Assembly (NCBI RefSeq): GCF_030384885.1
Contig: NZ_CP128613.1
Source of the DNA: Escherichia coli
Lineage (GTDB): Bacteria; Pseudomonadota; Gammaproteobacteria; Enterobacterales; Enterobacteriaceae
Reading direction: 5' to 3' (one strand)
Length of the DNA: 64,000 nucleotides
In this document: one piece after another, positions 36,091-47,349 of the stretch
Layout of the letters: each line of letters begins with the position of its first letter
Position numbering within the stretch: position 1 is the first letter of the stretch
Made by a program: the position numbers and the translations under genes
Notes under the pieces: generated by a model
Databases searched by the model: none
What the model saw: the letters and a program-made list of their open reading frames with translations, nothing else
Told to the model about the DNA's origin: nothing

Positions 36091-37116
36091 CTACACCGCC
36101 TTATTAGGATCAAATGCGTCGCGGACGGCTTCACCAATAAAGATCAGCAAAGACAACAATATCGCCACCGACAAGAAGGCGGTGATCCCAAGCCACGGGG
36201 CCTGAAGGTTATTTTTCCCTTGTAACAGCAGTTCGCCGAGTGACGGTGAACCGAGCGGCAGACCGAAGCCGAGGAAATCGAGTGAGGTCAGGGTGGTGAT
36301 CGAACTACATAAAATAAACGGTAAAAAGGTGAGGGTAGCGACCATGGCATTTGGCAACATATGACGCAGGATGATACTGCGATCGCTGACGCCAAGCGCC
36401 TGCGCCGCACGGATGTAGTCGAAATTACGGGTACGTAAAAACTCCGCCCGCACCACGCCGACCAGACTCATCCAGCCAAACAAGACGGTAATTGCCAACA
36501 GCCACCAGAAGTTAGGCTGTACGACGCTGGAAAGTAAAATAATCAAAAACAGCGTCGGCATCCCCGACCATACTTCAATAAAACGTTGCCCCCAGAGATC
36601 GATTTTACCGCCATAATAGCCTTGTAGCGCCCCCGCCAACACGCCCATCACGCTGGAGCAGAGGGTCAGCATCAGGCCAAACAGAACTGAGATCCGCGTG
36701 CCATAGAGAATGCGCGCCAGCACATCGCCGCCATTGGCATCCGTTCCCAGCCAGTTTTGCCGGGAGGGTGGAGAAGGGAAGGGCTTATCGGTAGCAAAGT
36801 TGATACTGGTAGCACCAAAGCGAATCGGTGCCCACAGTACCCAGCCTTTATCTTCCAACCGCTGTTTCAGCCACGGGTCCTGATAATCAGCCTGGCTTGC
36901 CAGCGGGCCGCCAAAATCGCTTTCGCTGTAGTTTTTCAACAACGGGAAATACCAACTGCCGTCATAACGTACCAGCAACGGTTTATCGTTGGCGATAAGT
37001 TCAGAACACAAACTCAAACCAAATAAGACGAGGAAAATCCATAACGACCAGTAGCCGCGACGGTTATGACGAAAACGCGCCCAACGGGCCTGATTGACGG
37101 GGCTGAGTCGCGACAT
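36091..37116 (-). CDS. yejE: Peptide ABC transporter permease YejE
   Basis: 341-aa membrane ORF of the ABC permease family. Confidence 0.9.
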   Translation of the reverse strand: MSRLSPVNQARWARFRHNRRGYWSLWIFLVLFGLSLCSELIANDKPLLVRYDGSWYFPLLKNYSESDFGGPLASQADYQDPWLKQRLEDKGWVLWAPIRFGATSINFATDKPFPSPPSRQNWLGTDANGGDVLARILYGTRISVLFGLMLTLCSSVMGVLAGALQGYYGGKIDLWGQRFIEVWSGMPTLFLIILLSSVVQPNFWWLLAITVLFGWMSLVGVVRAEFLRTRNFDYIRAAQALGVSDRSIILRHMLPNAMVATLTFLPFILCSSITTLTSLDFLGFGLPLGSPSLGELLLQGKNNLQAPWLGITAFLSVAILLSLLIFIGEAVRDAFDPNKAV

Positions 37117-38210
37117 TAACGTCCCTCAAAATCTATACGCGGATCGACCAGCGTATAGCTGATATCACTGACAATATTCAGCAGCAGGCCAATCAGGGTG
37201 AAAATATACAAGGTACCAAACATTACAGGATAATCGCGCGAGACGGTCGCTTCGTAGCCCAGTAAGCCAAGACCATTGAGTGAAAACATCACCTCAATCA
37301 GCAGCGAGCCGGTAAAAAACATGCTGATAAACGTCGCCGGAAAACCGGCAATCACCAGCAGCATGGCGTTGCGGAACACATGTTTCCAGAGAATATTTTT
37401 TTCACTTACCCCTTTCGCACGGGCGGTCACCACGTATTGCTTGCGCACTTCATCAAGGAATGAGTTTTTTGTCAGCATGGTCAGCGCCGCAAAGCCGCCA
37501 ATCACCGTCGCCAGCACCGGCAGCGTGATATGCCACAGATAATCGGTGATTTTCTGATACCACGGCAGCGAATCAAAGTTAGCGGAAACCAGGCCGCGCA
37601 GAGGGAACAGGTCGAAATAGCTGCCGCCCGCGAAGAAGACAATCAGCAGGATGGCAAACAAAAAGGCCGGAATGGCGTAGCCGATGATGATAAATGCGCT
37701 ACTCCAGACGTCAAAGCGGCTACCATTATAAACAGCTTTGCGAATACCCAGCGGAATCGACACCAGATAGATAATCAGCGTGCTCCACAATCCGAGGGTG
37801 ATGGAAACCGGCAGACTGTCTTTAATCAGCGTCAGCACCGAGGCGCTGCGAAACAGGCTATCGCCAAAATCAAAGCGGATGTAGTCCCAGAGCATTTTGA
37901 AGTAACGTTCGTGGATCGGCTTATCAAAACCGTAGCGATGAGTGATCTCGGCGATCACTTCTGGATCTAATCCGCGTCCGCCACGGTAATTACTGTCGCT
38001 GATATTGCCGACGCCCGTTTGTGCATGGCTGGCACGAACACCTTCACCGCCAGCGCCGGGTAATACTCCGGCATTACCAAACTCAATGGCGGCGATGGCC
38101 TGGTCGACCGGACCGCCAGGCGCAATTTGCACGATGAAAAAGTTGATAGTGATAATCGCCCATAACGTTGGGATCACCAGCAACAGACGGCGAATCAGAT
38201 AAGCGCCCAT
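37116..38210 (-). CDS. yejB: Peptide ABC transporter permease YejB
   Basis: 364-aa membrane ORF; start overlaps yejE stop region. Confidence 0.9.
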
Positions 38211-40025
38211 CTACTCTCCCTGTTGTCTGGCTGACGGCAGTTTCGTCGCTTTATTAACGTCATACCACCAGGTATCGATACCCAGGCTGTAAACAGGGCG
38301 CACTGCGGGTTGAGAGAATTTATCCCACCAGGCGAGACGGTCTTCCGCCATATACCACATTGGCAGCATGTAATAATTCCACGTTAATACGCGATCCAGT
38401 GCTCGCCCCAACGGCAGTAATTTTTCTTTATTTCCCTGCGCGGCAATAATTTGGTTGATCAGCGAGTCGATAACCGGACTTTGCACGCCGGGGGCATTAT
38501 AAGTGGAGTTGATATATTCCGATGACCAGGAAATCTGTAAATCGGAACTGGGCCACGGCATCGCCCGCCATACGCGCGGCATCATGTCATAGTCGCGACT
38601 GCGCATGCGGTTGGTGATTTGCGAGTTATCCACCTTGCGAATGTCCATGTTGATACCCAGCCGTTGCAGGCTGTGCTGGAACGGTAATACCCACTGACTA
38701 TTGCTGCTTGCGGGAAGCAATAATTCAAAGCTGAGAGGCTGACCCGTTGTGGCATTAACGCGTTGCTGACCCTTTAGCACCCAGCCCGCTTCATTGAGAA
38801 GTTTGTCGGCTTTTAACAGGTTGTCACGATCGTAGCCATCGCCTTTCGATACCGGCGGCTGGTAGATTTGTGTGAAGACTTCTGGCGGAAGATCTTTTTT
38901 CATTGGTGCCAGAAGCACCAGCTCCGCGGCGTCGGGGTAATTTCTGGCTGCGTATTCGGTATTCTGAAAATAACTGTTCGTGCGACTCCAGGCATTGTAA
39001 AACAACGCCTTGTTCATCCATTCAAAGTCAAAGGCGAGAGTGATCGCTTCCCGGACCCGGCGATCGCTGAATACCGGACGTTGGATATTAAACGCCAGCC
39101 AGCGCGTATCCTGGGCTGATTCGTTCTTTTGCTCATCTTTGATGATGTATTTCTTATCGAAATTTTTACCGGTATAGCGCGTGGCCCAGTTTTTGGCGTC
39201 GTTTTCCATACGCAAATCAAATGCACCGGCTTTAAACGCTTCAAAGGCGACATTATCATCGAGGTAGTAATCGTAGCGAATGGTGTCGAAATTCCAGCGT
39301 CCACGGTTTACCGGTAAGTTTGCTGCCCAGTAATCTTTCACGCGGGAATAGACAATATTTTGCCCCATTTTCCAGGACGTAATTCGGTACGGACCACTGG
39401 CAAGCGGAGGCGTGGCGATCGGATCGCTAAGTTTGTGATTCTTCCAGTACTTTTCTGGAAATACCGGCAGCGAAAACAGGCTCAGCATATCTTCTTTGCC
39501 GGGTTTCGCTAACTCAATACGCACGGTTAATGGTGCAATGGCTTTGACGGTGGTGCCTTTGTAGACCAGACGAAATTGCGGCACGCCTTCGGTCATAAAT
39601 TTTTGAAAAGTAAACTCTACATCGCGGGCAGTAATGGGGGAACCATCATGAAAACGGGCGCGCGGATTAATTGCGACCTCCACCCAGGAATAATCGTCAG
39701 CATAGCGCGCACTTTCGGCAATCAGCGGATAATAACTACCTGGCTCGTCATCGGAAGTAGTAAATAGCGTGTCGTACAGCTGCTCGGTGCGTGCGCCTGC
39801 GTTGCCGCGCAGTGCATAGCGGTTGAAATTATCGAAGGTGCCGAGGGCTGACAACGTTATCTGCCCACCTTTTGGCGCGGCGGGGTTCACATAATCAAAA
39901 TGGTTGAAATTAAACGCGTACCGGGGTTCGCCCAGTACCGCAAAGGCATAGCTTTCCTTGATAGCCTGCGCCTGCGCACCAAAGGTGAACAGAGCGATAA
40001 ACAGCAGCAGTATGCGCACAATCAT
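38211..40025 (-). CDS. yejA: Periplasmic oligopeptide-binding protein YejA
   Basis: 604 aa from ATG at 40023-40025 ([21 protein letters not shown]...); track ORF begins at an upstream TTG. Confidence 0.9.
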
Positions 40026-40106
40026 CTGCAACAGATTTCCTTTTACTCATCATTAGCCGCAAACCGGCATGCTTTCACTATGAATAATAAGGGACGTAAG
40101 CACGCC

Positions 40107-41663
40107 TTACCACTGCGGCGTATACGGTTTCTTCAGCCAGCGGACAAAATCGTCCAGCGGTAATGGGCGACTGATCCAGTAGCCTTGCATGAAATTAACG
40201 CCGCGTTCGCTTAGCCATCGCGCCTGTTCCGGCGTTTCAACCCCTTCAGCAACCGTCAGCATATTGAGACGTTTCGCCAGCGTCAGCACCGCGTCAAGTA
40301 CGGGTGAAGTGATCGTTTCCGTACCGATGGCGTTGATAAATCCACGATCAATTTTCAGATAATCGAGCGTAAAACGCTCAAGATAGATAAGCGCGCTGTG
40401 CCCGGTGCCAAAGTCATCAATAGCAATTTCAACGCCGACTGAATGCAGCCAGGCGAAGAGTTGCGTGGCTTCTTGCTCTTTCAACATATCGCGCTCGGTA
40501 ATTTCCAGCACAATCTGGAAATGATGTGCGGGCAGGCAAGTGAGCAGTTTCTGGATATCAGCTTTAAAGCTTTCGCTATGCAGATGGTCCGGCGCAATGT
40601 TAATGCCAAATTTGACGCCTACCGGCAGTACTTTTTCTAATTCTGCGGCATCGCGGGCAATTAACTCAAACAGGTGCTGAGTCAGCGGCACAATCATCTT
40701 TTGCGATTCGGCAAAGTTGATGAAGGCATCCGGGGGAATTTCTCCCGCTACAGGATGCCGCCAGCGTAGTAGTACTTCCAGGCCTGTTACCCGCAAAGCT
40801 TGTGTATCAACCACCGGTTGATATACCACGTAAAATTGTTCGCGCTTGATGGCGGTCATGATTTCTCTGCCCGGTCGCATACGCACGCTCATCAGGTAAT
40901 AGCAGAGAAGTCCAACCATTGTTCCACTCATGCCGCCCAGTAAAAATGCATACCACACATCGTTCCATGTCCAGTCATCCGCATAAAGCCGAACGGTCAG
41001 AGGAATGCCCGCAATTTTAGTTTCACGGACCGGCATGTCGGTTAATTCATTAACATTCATCAAACGTGACGAAAAGGTAGATAGCGCAGTATTGCCAATA
41101 ATGAGGGCGACGCCATCGTAATCTTCCTGCCGTGAACTATAAAAGAGAGAAGGCGTCAGGTTGAGATTCAGAGCGGCAAACACGCCGCTATTTTTCAGCA
41201 AAGGGTTGCGATACCAGATGACGATTGCGGGTTTGTTCGGCACCATCGGCGTGCCGGGTAAGATCGCCATATCGACGTTTTTATTAATGTCGAGCGCCGG
41301 AATCAATTCATTGAGTGGAATGTCCATCTCACCAGTCGCAGATGAACAGAATGTCTTTTTATCTTTCACCAGCACAAACGTACGGACATTCATACTAAAC
41401 GCCGCACGGGCGGTCAGTTCGGGGTTAGCTTGCTGACAAGTATCTAAGGTCAGCGGCTGGAGCCGGTCAGTAGTGGATTTCAGGTCGGCAAAATAGGTAT
41501 CGAGATACTTTTGTACGTCGGTAATCAGTGTGTCGTATTTGACTTCGTGCTTATGCCAGGCCACTAAAAACTGAAGGCAGCTCACCAGTATCGCAATCAT
41601 CACGCCTGCAACAATGCAGGTAAGCAGGAGCTTACGTCCAGAATTGGGAGCGCGTATGAACAT
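40107..41663 (-). CDS. pdeN: Cyclic-di-GMP phosphodiesterase PdeN (Rtn), EAL domain
   Basis: 518-aa ORF with N-terminal TM/periplasmic domain and C-terminal EAL-type domain. Confidence 0.85.
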   Translation of the reverse strand: MFIRAPNSGRKLLLTCIVAGVMIAILVSCLQFLVAWHKHEVKYDTLITDVQKYLDTYFADLKSTTDRLQPLTLDTCQQANPELTARAAFSMNVRTFVLVKDKKTFCSSATGEMDIPLNELIPALDINKNVDMAILPGTPMVPNKPAIVIWYRNPLLKNSGVFAALNLNLTPSLFYSSRQEDYDGVALIIGNTALSTFSSRLMNVNELTDMPVRETKIAGIPLTVRLYADDWTWNDVWYAFLLGGMSGTMVGLLCYYLMSVRMRPGREIMTAIKREQFYVVYQPVVDTQALRVTGLEVLLRWRHPVAGEIPPDAFINFAESQKMIVPLTQHLFELIARDAAELEKVLPVGVKFGINIAPDHLHSESFKADIQKLLTCLPAHHFQIVLEITERDMLKEQEATQLFAWLHSVGVEIAIDDFGTGHSALIYLERFTLDYLKIDRGFINAIGTETITSPVLDAVLTLAKRLNMLTVAEGVETPEQARWLSERGVNFMQGYWISRPLPLDDFVRWLKKPYTPQW

Positions 41664-41763
41664 GATTCCGTTAATTTCCTGAAATTACGACAACATTTAA
41701 AAGATAACAATGACCGGACTATAGCCTGGATCAAGACGCGGAAACATCATTTTCTCTGATGAA

Positions 41764-41797
41764 TGAAAACAAAAAAGCACTGCCTAAGCAGTGCTTT
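41764..41797 (-). terminator. Rho-independent terminator downstream of mepS
   Basis: Minus strand: AAGCACTGCttagGCAGTGCTT followed by TTTTGTTTT. Confidence 0.75.
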
Positions 41798-41843
41798 CAG
41801 TTAACTCGTCAGGATAGCCAAGGGATTGCATCCAAACGGTTTA

Positions 41844-42410
41844 TTAGCTGCGGCTGAGAACCCGGCGTGCTTCGTTGTAACGCTTCTTCCAGTACGGTTC
41901 ATTCATGCTGGAAATAATAACACCACTGCTGGTGGAAGCATGGACAAACTGATTGTTGCCGATATAAATACCGACATGGCGTCCCGTTGAACCGGCGCGG
42001 AACAGAACTAAATCACCCGTACGCAAATTACTGCGGGAAACAGATTTACCCATTTCCTGCTGTTCGTAAGTCGAACGCGGAAGTTCTAAGCCAAATTGCT
42101 CACGGAATGTACGCTGTACGAAACCAGAACAATCGATACCTTTTTTAGTGCTGCCGCCCAGACGATAGCGTACGCCTTTCCAGTCAGCATACTGATCCAT
42201 AATTCGCGATTTTACGTCGACATTACGAACCAGGTTTTCAAATTCATCCTGAGAAGCTTGCAGTGATGATGTTTCACTACCCACTGCACGTGTCTCAGGA
42301 TGCATATTCTTTGCGGTGTTATTTGCACTACATGCAGAAAGCAGAACCGCTACTGCAATCGCGGGGATCCCGCGCAAGATATATCTCAAAATCGGTTGAG
42401 ATTTGACCAT
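41844..42410 (-). CDS. mepS: Peptidoglycan endopeptidase MepS (Spr), NlpC/P60 lipoprotein
   Basis: 188-aa ORF; lipobox LLSAC; catalytic Cys in GIDCSGFVQ. Confidence 0.9.
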
Positions 42411-42822
42411 GTTGTTTGTTTTCCCTTGAAGTCCTTAACGACAAATATCGTTATAAAAAAATGCCAAGCGACACGAGACTAATTACCTGGGCATGTTGAA
42501 ACAATTCCTTAAGGCCAAATCTGTGGACTAACGCACAAAATTATATGCTGTGAGGATAATCTACCGCCGAGGCAAAACGAGTTCGAGATTACCCGATTGG
42601 TGCGGTCTTGGCGAGTGGTTTTACATGATTTTTTATAAGAAAAAGTGATACAGAAAGTTAATAAGCGGGATTGGTCAATTAAAGTACGATTGAGTGAAAC
42701 GCATACAATCCATTCATTTACTTAGGGAATGATTTTTGTGTTCGATGAAAGAAAGCAAAGGCGCACATCATCAGGAATATCCTTACTATAAAAATAAACC
42801 TGATGATGTTAATTACCGTGAG

Positions 42823-43536
42823 TTATTTGTTTTGGAAATGTTTGTTTTTTCCCGGTAGTGATTTGTCAAAAAAGGTGATTAATCGATCACTTAATGGCGT
42901 CAGCAACATCCAGGGCAAACCAATCAATATCACGGTCATCGAACCAACAATGATGTCAGTAAACCAGTGTGCACCAATCATTACTCTGGGAAATGCAAAA
43001 ACCACAAAAATAATAAGGGCGATAAGGCCTGCGACTTTGCCGAAATAACGCCACATGAATGCCGAAAAAATAAGCAGCATCATGCCGTGATCGCCGGGAA
43101 AGCTGTCTCGTGAGGCATCTTTCGTGGGGATAGGGAGCAGTTCGCTGACGCGGTTAATATTGGCAAAAGTTAATGTTGGGCTGGCCCGTTTTACAGGAAT
43201 TAATGCCTGTCCCAGTTGGTTTAAGACCACTGCAGTTAATAGCATGACGAGGCCAATAATCACGATACGTCGTCGGCCTGGGGCGTTTTCTTTCAGCCAG
43301 AAACTCAGCATCAACATTCCCATTGCCAGCAGTGAACAACCGTCGAAGGCACGATTATTGGTCAATGCAACCAGCCACAAAAAGGCCTTACTTTCGACCA
43401 GTTTCTGATTAAAAAAATAAAAAATATCCGCATCAATCGGCAACCAGAATCCATGATTAACGGGAATATACCAGGAAAGAAACAGCGCGAGGCCGACAAT
43501 ATTCAACAACACTATTTGCGGCAAATTTTTAATCAT
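42823..43536 (-). CDS. lpxT: Lipid A 1-diphosphate synthase LpxT (PAP2 family)
   Basis: 237 aa from ATG at 43534-43536 (MIKNLPQIVLLNIVG...); PAP2 membrane phosphatase fold. Confidence 0.85.
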   Translation of the reverse strand: MIKNLPQIVLLNIVGLALFLSWYIPVNHGFWLPIDADIFYFFNQKLVESKAFLWLVALTNNRAFDGCSLLAMGMLMLSFWLKENAPGRRRIVIIGLVMLLTAVVLNQLGQALIPVKRASPTLTFANINRVSELLPIPTKDASRDSFPGDHGMMLLIFSAFMWRYFGKVAGLIALIIFVVFAFPRVMIGAHWFTDIIVGSMTVILIGLPWMLLTPLSDRLITFFDKSLPGKNKHFQNK

Positions 43537-43574
43537 ATTTTCTCTAATTATCTTACTGAAAAACGCAGGCAACC

Positions 43575-44561
43575 TTACGCGGTAGTCGCTAAACGAAGCT
43601 TCAACAGCGCGCTCTGCAAAGCATTCCAGTCAGCTTCGCTGCTGGAAATCAGCTCAATACGACTGTCCGGTGGAGCAACGTTTTGCGTTTCAATGTGCAG
43701 GTCATCGCCCTGACGGTTGATTCGCACCAGCCCTTCGGGAATACGCATCACGCCTTTGACGCGTTCCACCGGTGCAAGTCGCGCCCATTCCAGAATGCCA
43801 ATGGTGTCGAATACCGTATCAGCGTCGAATATCCAGCCACAGGCCTGATGCCCTTGTCCACTGTTCAGACTGCGACGCCAGCGTTGATGCTCTGGCAGGC
43901 TTAACGCTGCTAACCCTTTTTTCACGCTATGCTGATGAGAATGCGCCGCGCTGGCGGGCAACTCGGCTAAATTGCGTCGTGGCAAATCCAGAAGATGACC
44001 GTCAATTTTCCCATGCTCGCTGTGAATTAATTGCCGATCGCCACCATTTTGCTGCCACCAGCGCTGTAGCGCTTGCTCACTTTCGGGCGTCGCACGGTCG
44101 GATTTATTGGCGACAATAATGTCTGCGGCAGCCAGCTGGTCACGGAAGTTTTCATTGCTGGCGCTTTTTTCGTCCAGCAGCAGGCGTGGATCGAGAATGC
44201 ACAACGTGGCGCGCAGATCTATCCACGGTTCATACACGGGCGCGGTTAAGAGATCGAGGATCTGTTTCGGATGGCCCAGCCCGGTCGGCTCTATCAACAA
44301 GCGGTCTGGTTTTCCCTGACGCAGTAAGGTATTCAACCCTACCTGCATGGGTAAACCATTAACGCAGCACATACAGCCGCCGGGGATCTCTTTCAACAAT
44401 GCGCCGCTATCGGCGAGCAAAGCACCATCAATTCCGACTTCCCCAAATTCATTAACCAGTACCGCCCATTTTTCGTTGGGATCTTTATGGGCTAACAGAT
44501 GAAGAATCGACGTAGTTTTCCCGCTGCCGAGAAAACCGGTGATGAGGTTGGTCCTGGTCAC
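43575..44561 (-). CDS. yeiR: COG0523 (CobW-like) zinc-binding GTPase YeiR
   Basis: 328-aa ORF; Walker A GFLGSGKTT; CxCC motif GGCMCC. Confidence 0.9.
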   Translation of the reverse strand: MTRTNLITGFLGSGKTTSILHLLAHKDPNEKWAVLVNEFGEVGIDGALLADSGALLKEIPGGCMCCVNGLPMQVGLNTLLRQGKPDRLLIEPTGLGHPKQILDLLTAPVYEPWIDLRATLCILDPRLLLDEKSASNENFRDQLAAADIIVANKSDRATPESEQALQRWWQQNGGDRQLIHSEHGKIDGHLLDLPRRNLAELPASAAHSHQHSVKKGLAALSLPEHQRWRRSLNSGQGHQACGWIFDADTVFDTIGILEWARLAPVERVKGVMRIPEGLVRINRQGDDLHIETQNVAPPDSRIELISSSEADWNALQSALLKLRLATTA

Positions 44562-44678
44562 AACGGCTCCGCAATACTCTTAAAAGTTAACTGAGCGTTA
44601 ATCCTGGCTAAAAAAGGCAGAAAAGAGAAGGGGAGAGCGGACGAAGGCGAGCTTCATCCGCTTTAACCGCAGAAATCG

Positions 44679-46145
44679 TTAAATTTTGAGGGTGTTTAAT
44701 AGCGCCTGATGCGCGCCGAATTGTACGATTTGTTGCCAGGCTTGTTCGATAGCCTGCACAAAATGCGGGTTATCTGGCAGATCATCACCGAAAACTTCAC
44801 GCAGAGAAAGCAGGGCGGTTACGCGTTGTTCACTGCTACTGCCCGCAACAAGTTCGCAAATTTTATCGCTAAGCGGATCGCGAACATCAATGGCATTTCC
44901 GGCATCATCAACGCCGCTGACGTAACGCATCCAGCCTGCAACGCCTAATGCCAGCAACGACCAGTCCGTTTCGCGCGCCAGATGTATGCGAATACCTGCC
45001 AGCATACGTTGCGGTAATTTCTGGCTACCATCCATTGCGATTTGCCAGGTCTTATGTTTCAGCGCCGGGTTAGCAAAACGTGCAATTAACTTATCTGCAT
45101 ATTGTGTTAAATCGACATCTTTAATTCGCAGTGTCGGCGCTTGCTCATCCAGCATTAATGCTCTGGCGGCATGGCGAAATGCGCGATCCTGCATGCAATC
45201 GCTGATGTGGGCGAATCCTGAGAGGTAACCCAGATAAGCGAGAAAAGAGTGGCTTCCATTAAGCATACGCAGTTTCATCTCTTCCCATGGCAGAACATCA
45301 TTCACCATTTGTACACCGGCGACTTCCCAGGCTGGACGCCCTGCAACGAAGTTATCTTCCACTACCCACTGGATAAACGGCTCGCAGCTAATTGCACAGG
45401 GATCATTCACGCCCAGATGCTGGCTAATTTCTGCCAGCGACTCGTCGGTTGCTGCCGGAACAATGCGGTCGACCATGGTTCCCGGAAAACTGACGTGTTC
45501 TTTTATCCACCCGGCGAGTTCTGGTGAACGTTTTTCCGCCATCCCCTGCACCGCGTTTTTCACCACATGGCCATTGTCGGGAATATTGTCGCAGGAGAGT
45601 ACGGTAAACGGTGCAAGGCCGCGTTCACGGCGTCGTTTCAGTGCTTCGACGAGAATACCCGGAGCGGAGTGAGGTTCTTCAGGATTTTGAAGATCGTGAA
45701 TAATCCGCGGATTGCTGGTGTCGAGTGCACCGGTGGCCGGGTCAATACAATAGCCTTTTTCGGTAATCGTCAGGGAAACAATTGCCACCTGTGGCTCGCA
45801 AAATTTCTCAATAATTGCCGCTAAGGAATCCAGTTTTGCATTCAGGCATTCGTGAACGGCACCGACAATTATCGCCTGATTGCCGTCCGCACCTTTCTCC
45901 AGCACGGTATATAAATGGTTCTGTGCGCGGAGCTGGCTCATCAGTTGATCGCCGCTGAACAAGCTGATCTCACAGATCCCCCAGTCGCCGCCCTGGGCAT
46001 TCAGCACACGATCGGTCAGTAACGCCTGATGTGCGCGGTGAAAGGCTCCGAAGCCAAAATGAACGATACGTGATTGCAACTGCTGGCGATCGTAGCGTGG
46101 AGCGTGTACCTGAGGCGGGAGCGTAGCGGAGGCGATTGTATTCAT
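44679..46145 (-). CDS. yeiQ: Mannitol dehydrogenase-family oxidoreductase YeiQ
   Basis: About 488 aa; start taken at ATG 46143-46145 (MNTIAS...); track ORF begins 3 codons upstream at a GTG. Confidence 0.85.
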   Translation of the reverse strand: MNTIASATLPPQVHAPRYDRQQLQSRIVHFGFGAFHRAHQALLTDRVLNAQGGDWGICEISLFSGDQLMSQLRAQNHLYTVLEKGADGNQAIIVGAVHECLNAKLDSLAAIIEKFCEPQVAIVSLTITEKGYCIDPATGALDTSNPRIIHDLQNPEEPHSAPGILVEALKRRRERGLAPFTVLSCDNIPDNGHVVKNAVQGMAEKRSPELAGWIKEHVSFPGTMVDRIVPAATDESLAEISQHLGVNDPCAISCEPFIQWVVEDNFVAGRPAWEVAGVQMVNDVLPWEEMKLRMLNGSHSFLAYLGYLSGFAHISDCMQDRAFRHAARALMLDEQAPTLRIKDVDLTQYADKLIARFANPALKHKTWQIAMDGSQKLPQRMLAGIRIHLARETDWSLLALGVAGWMRYVSGVDDAGNAIDVRDPLSDKICELVAGSSSEQRVTALLSLREVFGDDLPDNPHFVQAIEQAWQQIVQFGAHQALLNTLKI

Positions 46146-46321
46146 AGGAGTCACGTCTTAGTAACGATTAATTAACAATGACAGTGTAAAGTTATATGAC
46201 AGCAATTGAAATTGGTCTGGATTGTTAATGCGATGAAGTGTGAGGGCGATCAATCAACGAGTGAATATTGCGGGCGTAAGGTGTTCAGGAAGCGCAAAAT
46301 AGAAGATTGGTATAATAAATT

Positions 46322-46352
46322 AAAAAAGGGACAGTCTGAGCTATCCCTTTTC
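46322..46352. terminator. Hairpin terminator downstream of yeiP
   Basis: aaaaaaGGGACAGtctgagCTATCCCttttct. Confidence 0.55.
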
Positions 46353-46367
46353 TGCATGCGGCTGAAG

Positions 46368-46940
46368 TTAGTCAGCACGCCCCATATAACGGCGTTCTTC
46401 GATATGGATACGAATTTTTTCGCCCGGGCTTAAGTATTCTGGTACCTGAATCACCAGACCAGTGCTCAATGTCGCCGGTTTGTTACGGGCGCTGGCAGAT
46501 GCCCCTTTGATGCCTGGTGCGGTTTCAACGATTTCCAGATCAACGGTCTGCGGCAGCTCAAGCGCCAGCAGTTGACCGTCCCAGGTCAGCACCTGCATGT
46601 CCGGCATGCCGCCCTCAGGCATAAACAGCAACTCTTCTTCAATCTGATCTTTGGTGAAGGTATACGGGGTATAGTCTTCTTTATCCATAAAGACATATTC
46701 GTTACCATCGACATAGGAGAAGTCAACGTAACGGCGGGTCAGCGTCACGGTGTCAACGATATCATCACCTTTGAAACGCTCTTCTACTTTCAGCCCGGTA
46801 CGGACATCAGAAAAACGCATTTTGTACAGCGTAGCGGCACCGCGGGCAGTGGGCGACTGAATATCAATGTCCTTAACCAGCAGCAGTTTGCCGTTGTAAT
46901 TCAGTACCATACCTTTTTTAATTTCGTTCGCTCTTGGCAT
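46368..46940 (-). CDS. yeiP: Elongation factor P-like protein YeiP (EfpL)
   Basis: 190 aa from ATG at 46938-46940 ([22 protein letters not shown]...); track ORF carries an 85-codon upstream extension. Confidence 0.9.
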
Positions 46941-47094
46941 CGAAAAATTCCTGTAGTCGAAAATGTCAAAAATATCGCGACAAAGTACTCGCGACGGGCC
47001 TTTCGGGCAAGTGGTATTCGCACTTTTGCTGGTGCAAAAAAGGTGGTACTGTGCGCGCTCATCAATCCGGTGGTTAACCTTAAGAGAACAACGT

Positions 47095-47349
47095 ATGGAA
47101 TGCCGTCCGGGTTGCGGGGCGTGTTGCACTGCCCCTTCAATTTCCAGCCCTATTCCCGGTATGCCAGATGGCAAGCCCGCCAATACGCCCTGCATTCAGC
47201 TTGATGAGTATCAGCGCTGTAAAATTTTCACCTCGCCACTGCGGCCGAAAGTCTGTGCAGGCTTACAAGCCAGCGCTGAAATGTGCGGTAACTCGCGTCA
47301 GCAGGCAATGACCTGGCTTATCGAGCTGGAAATGCTGACCGCGCCTTAA
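47095..47349 (+). CDS. yeiW: UPF0153 Cys-cluster protein YeiW
   Basis: 84 aa from ATG at 47095 ([14 protein letters not shown]...); stop overlaps the setB stop on the opposite strand. Confidence 0.8.

Noticed and set aside
42745-42858. 37-codon plus-strand small ORF (MKESKGAHHQEYPYYKNKPDDVNYRELFVLEMFVFSR) in the mepS-lpxT spacer
   Set aside because: No convincing Shine-Dalgarno, overlaps the 3' end of lpxT on the opposite strand, and too short to judge by composition; could only be supported by ribosome profiling or conservation analysis.
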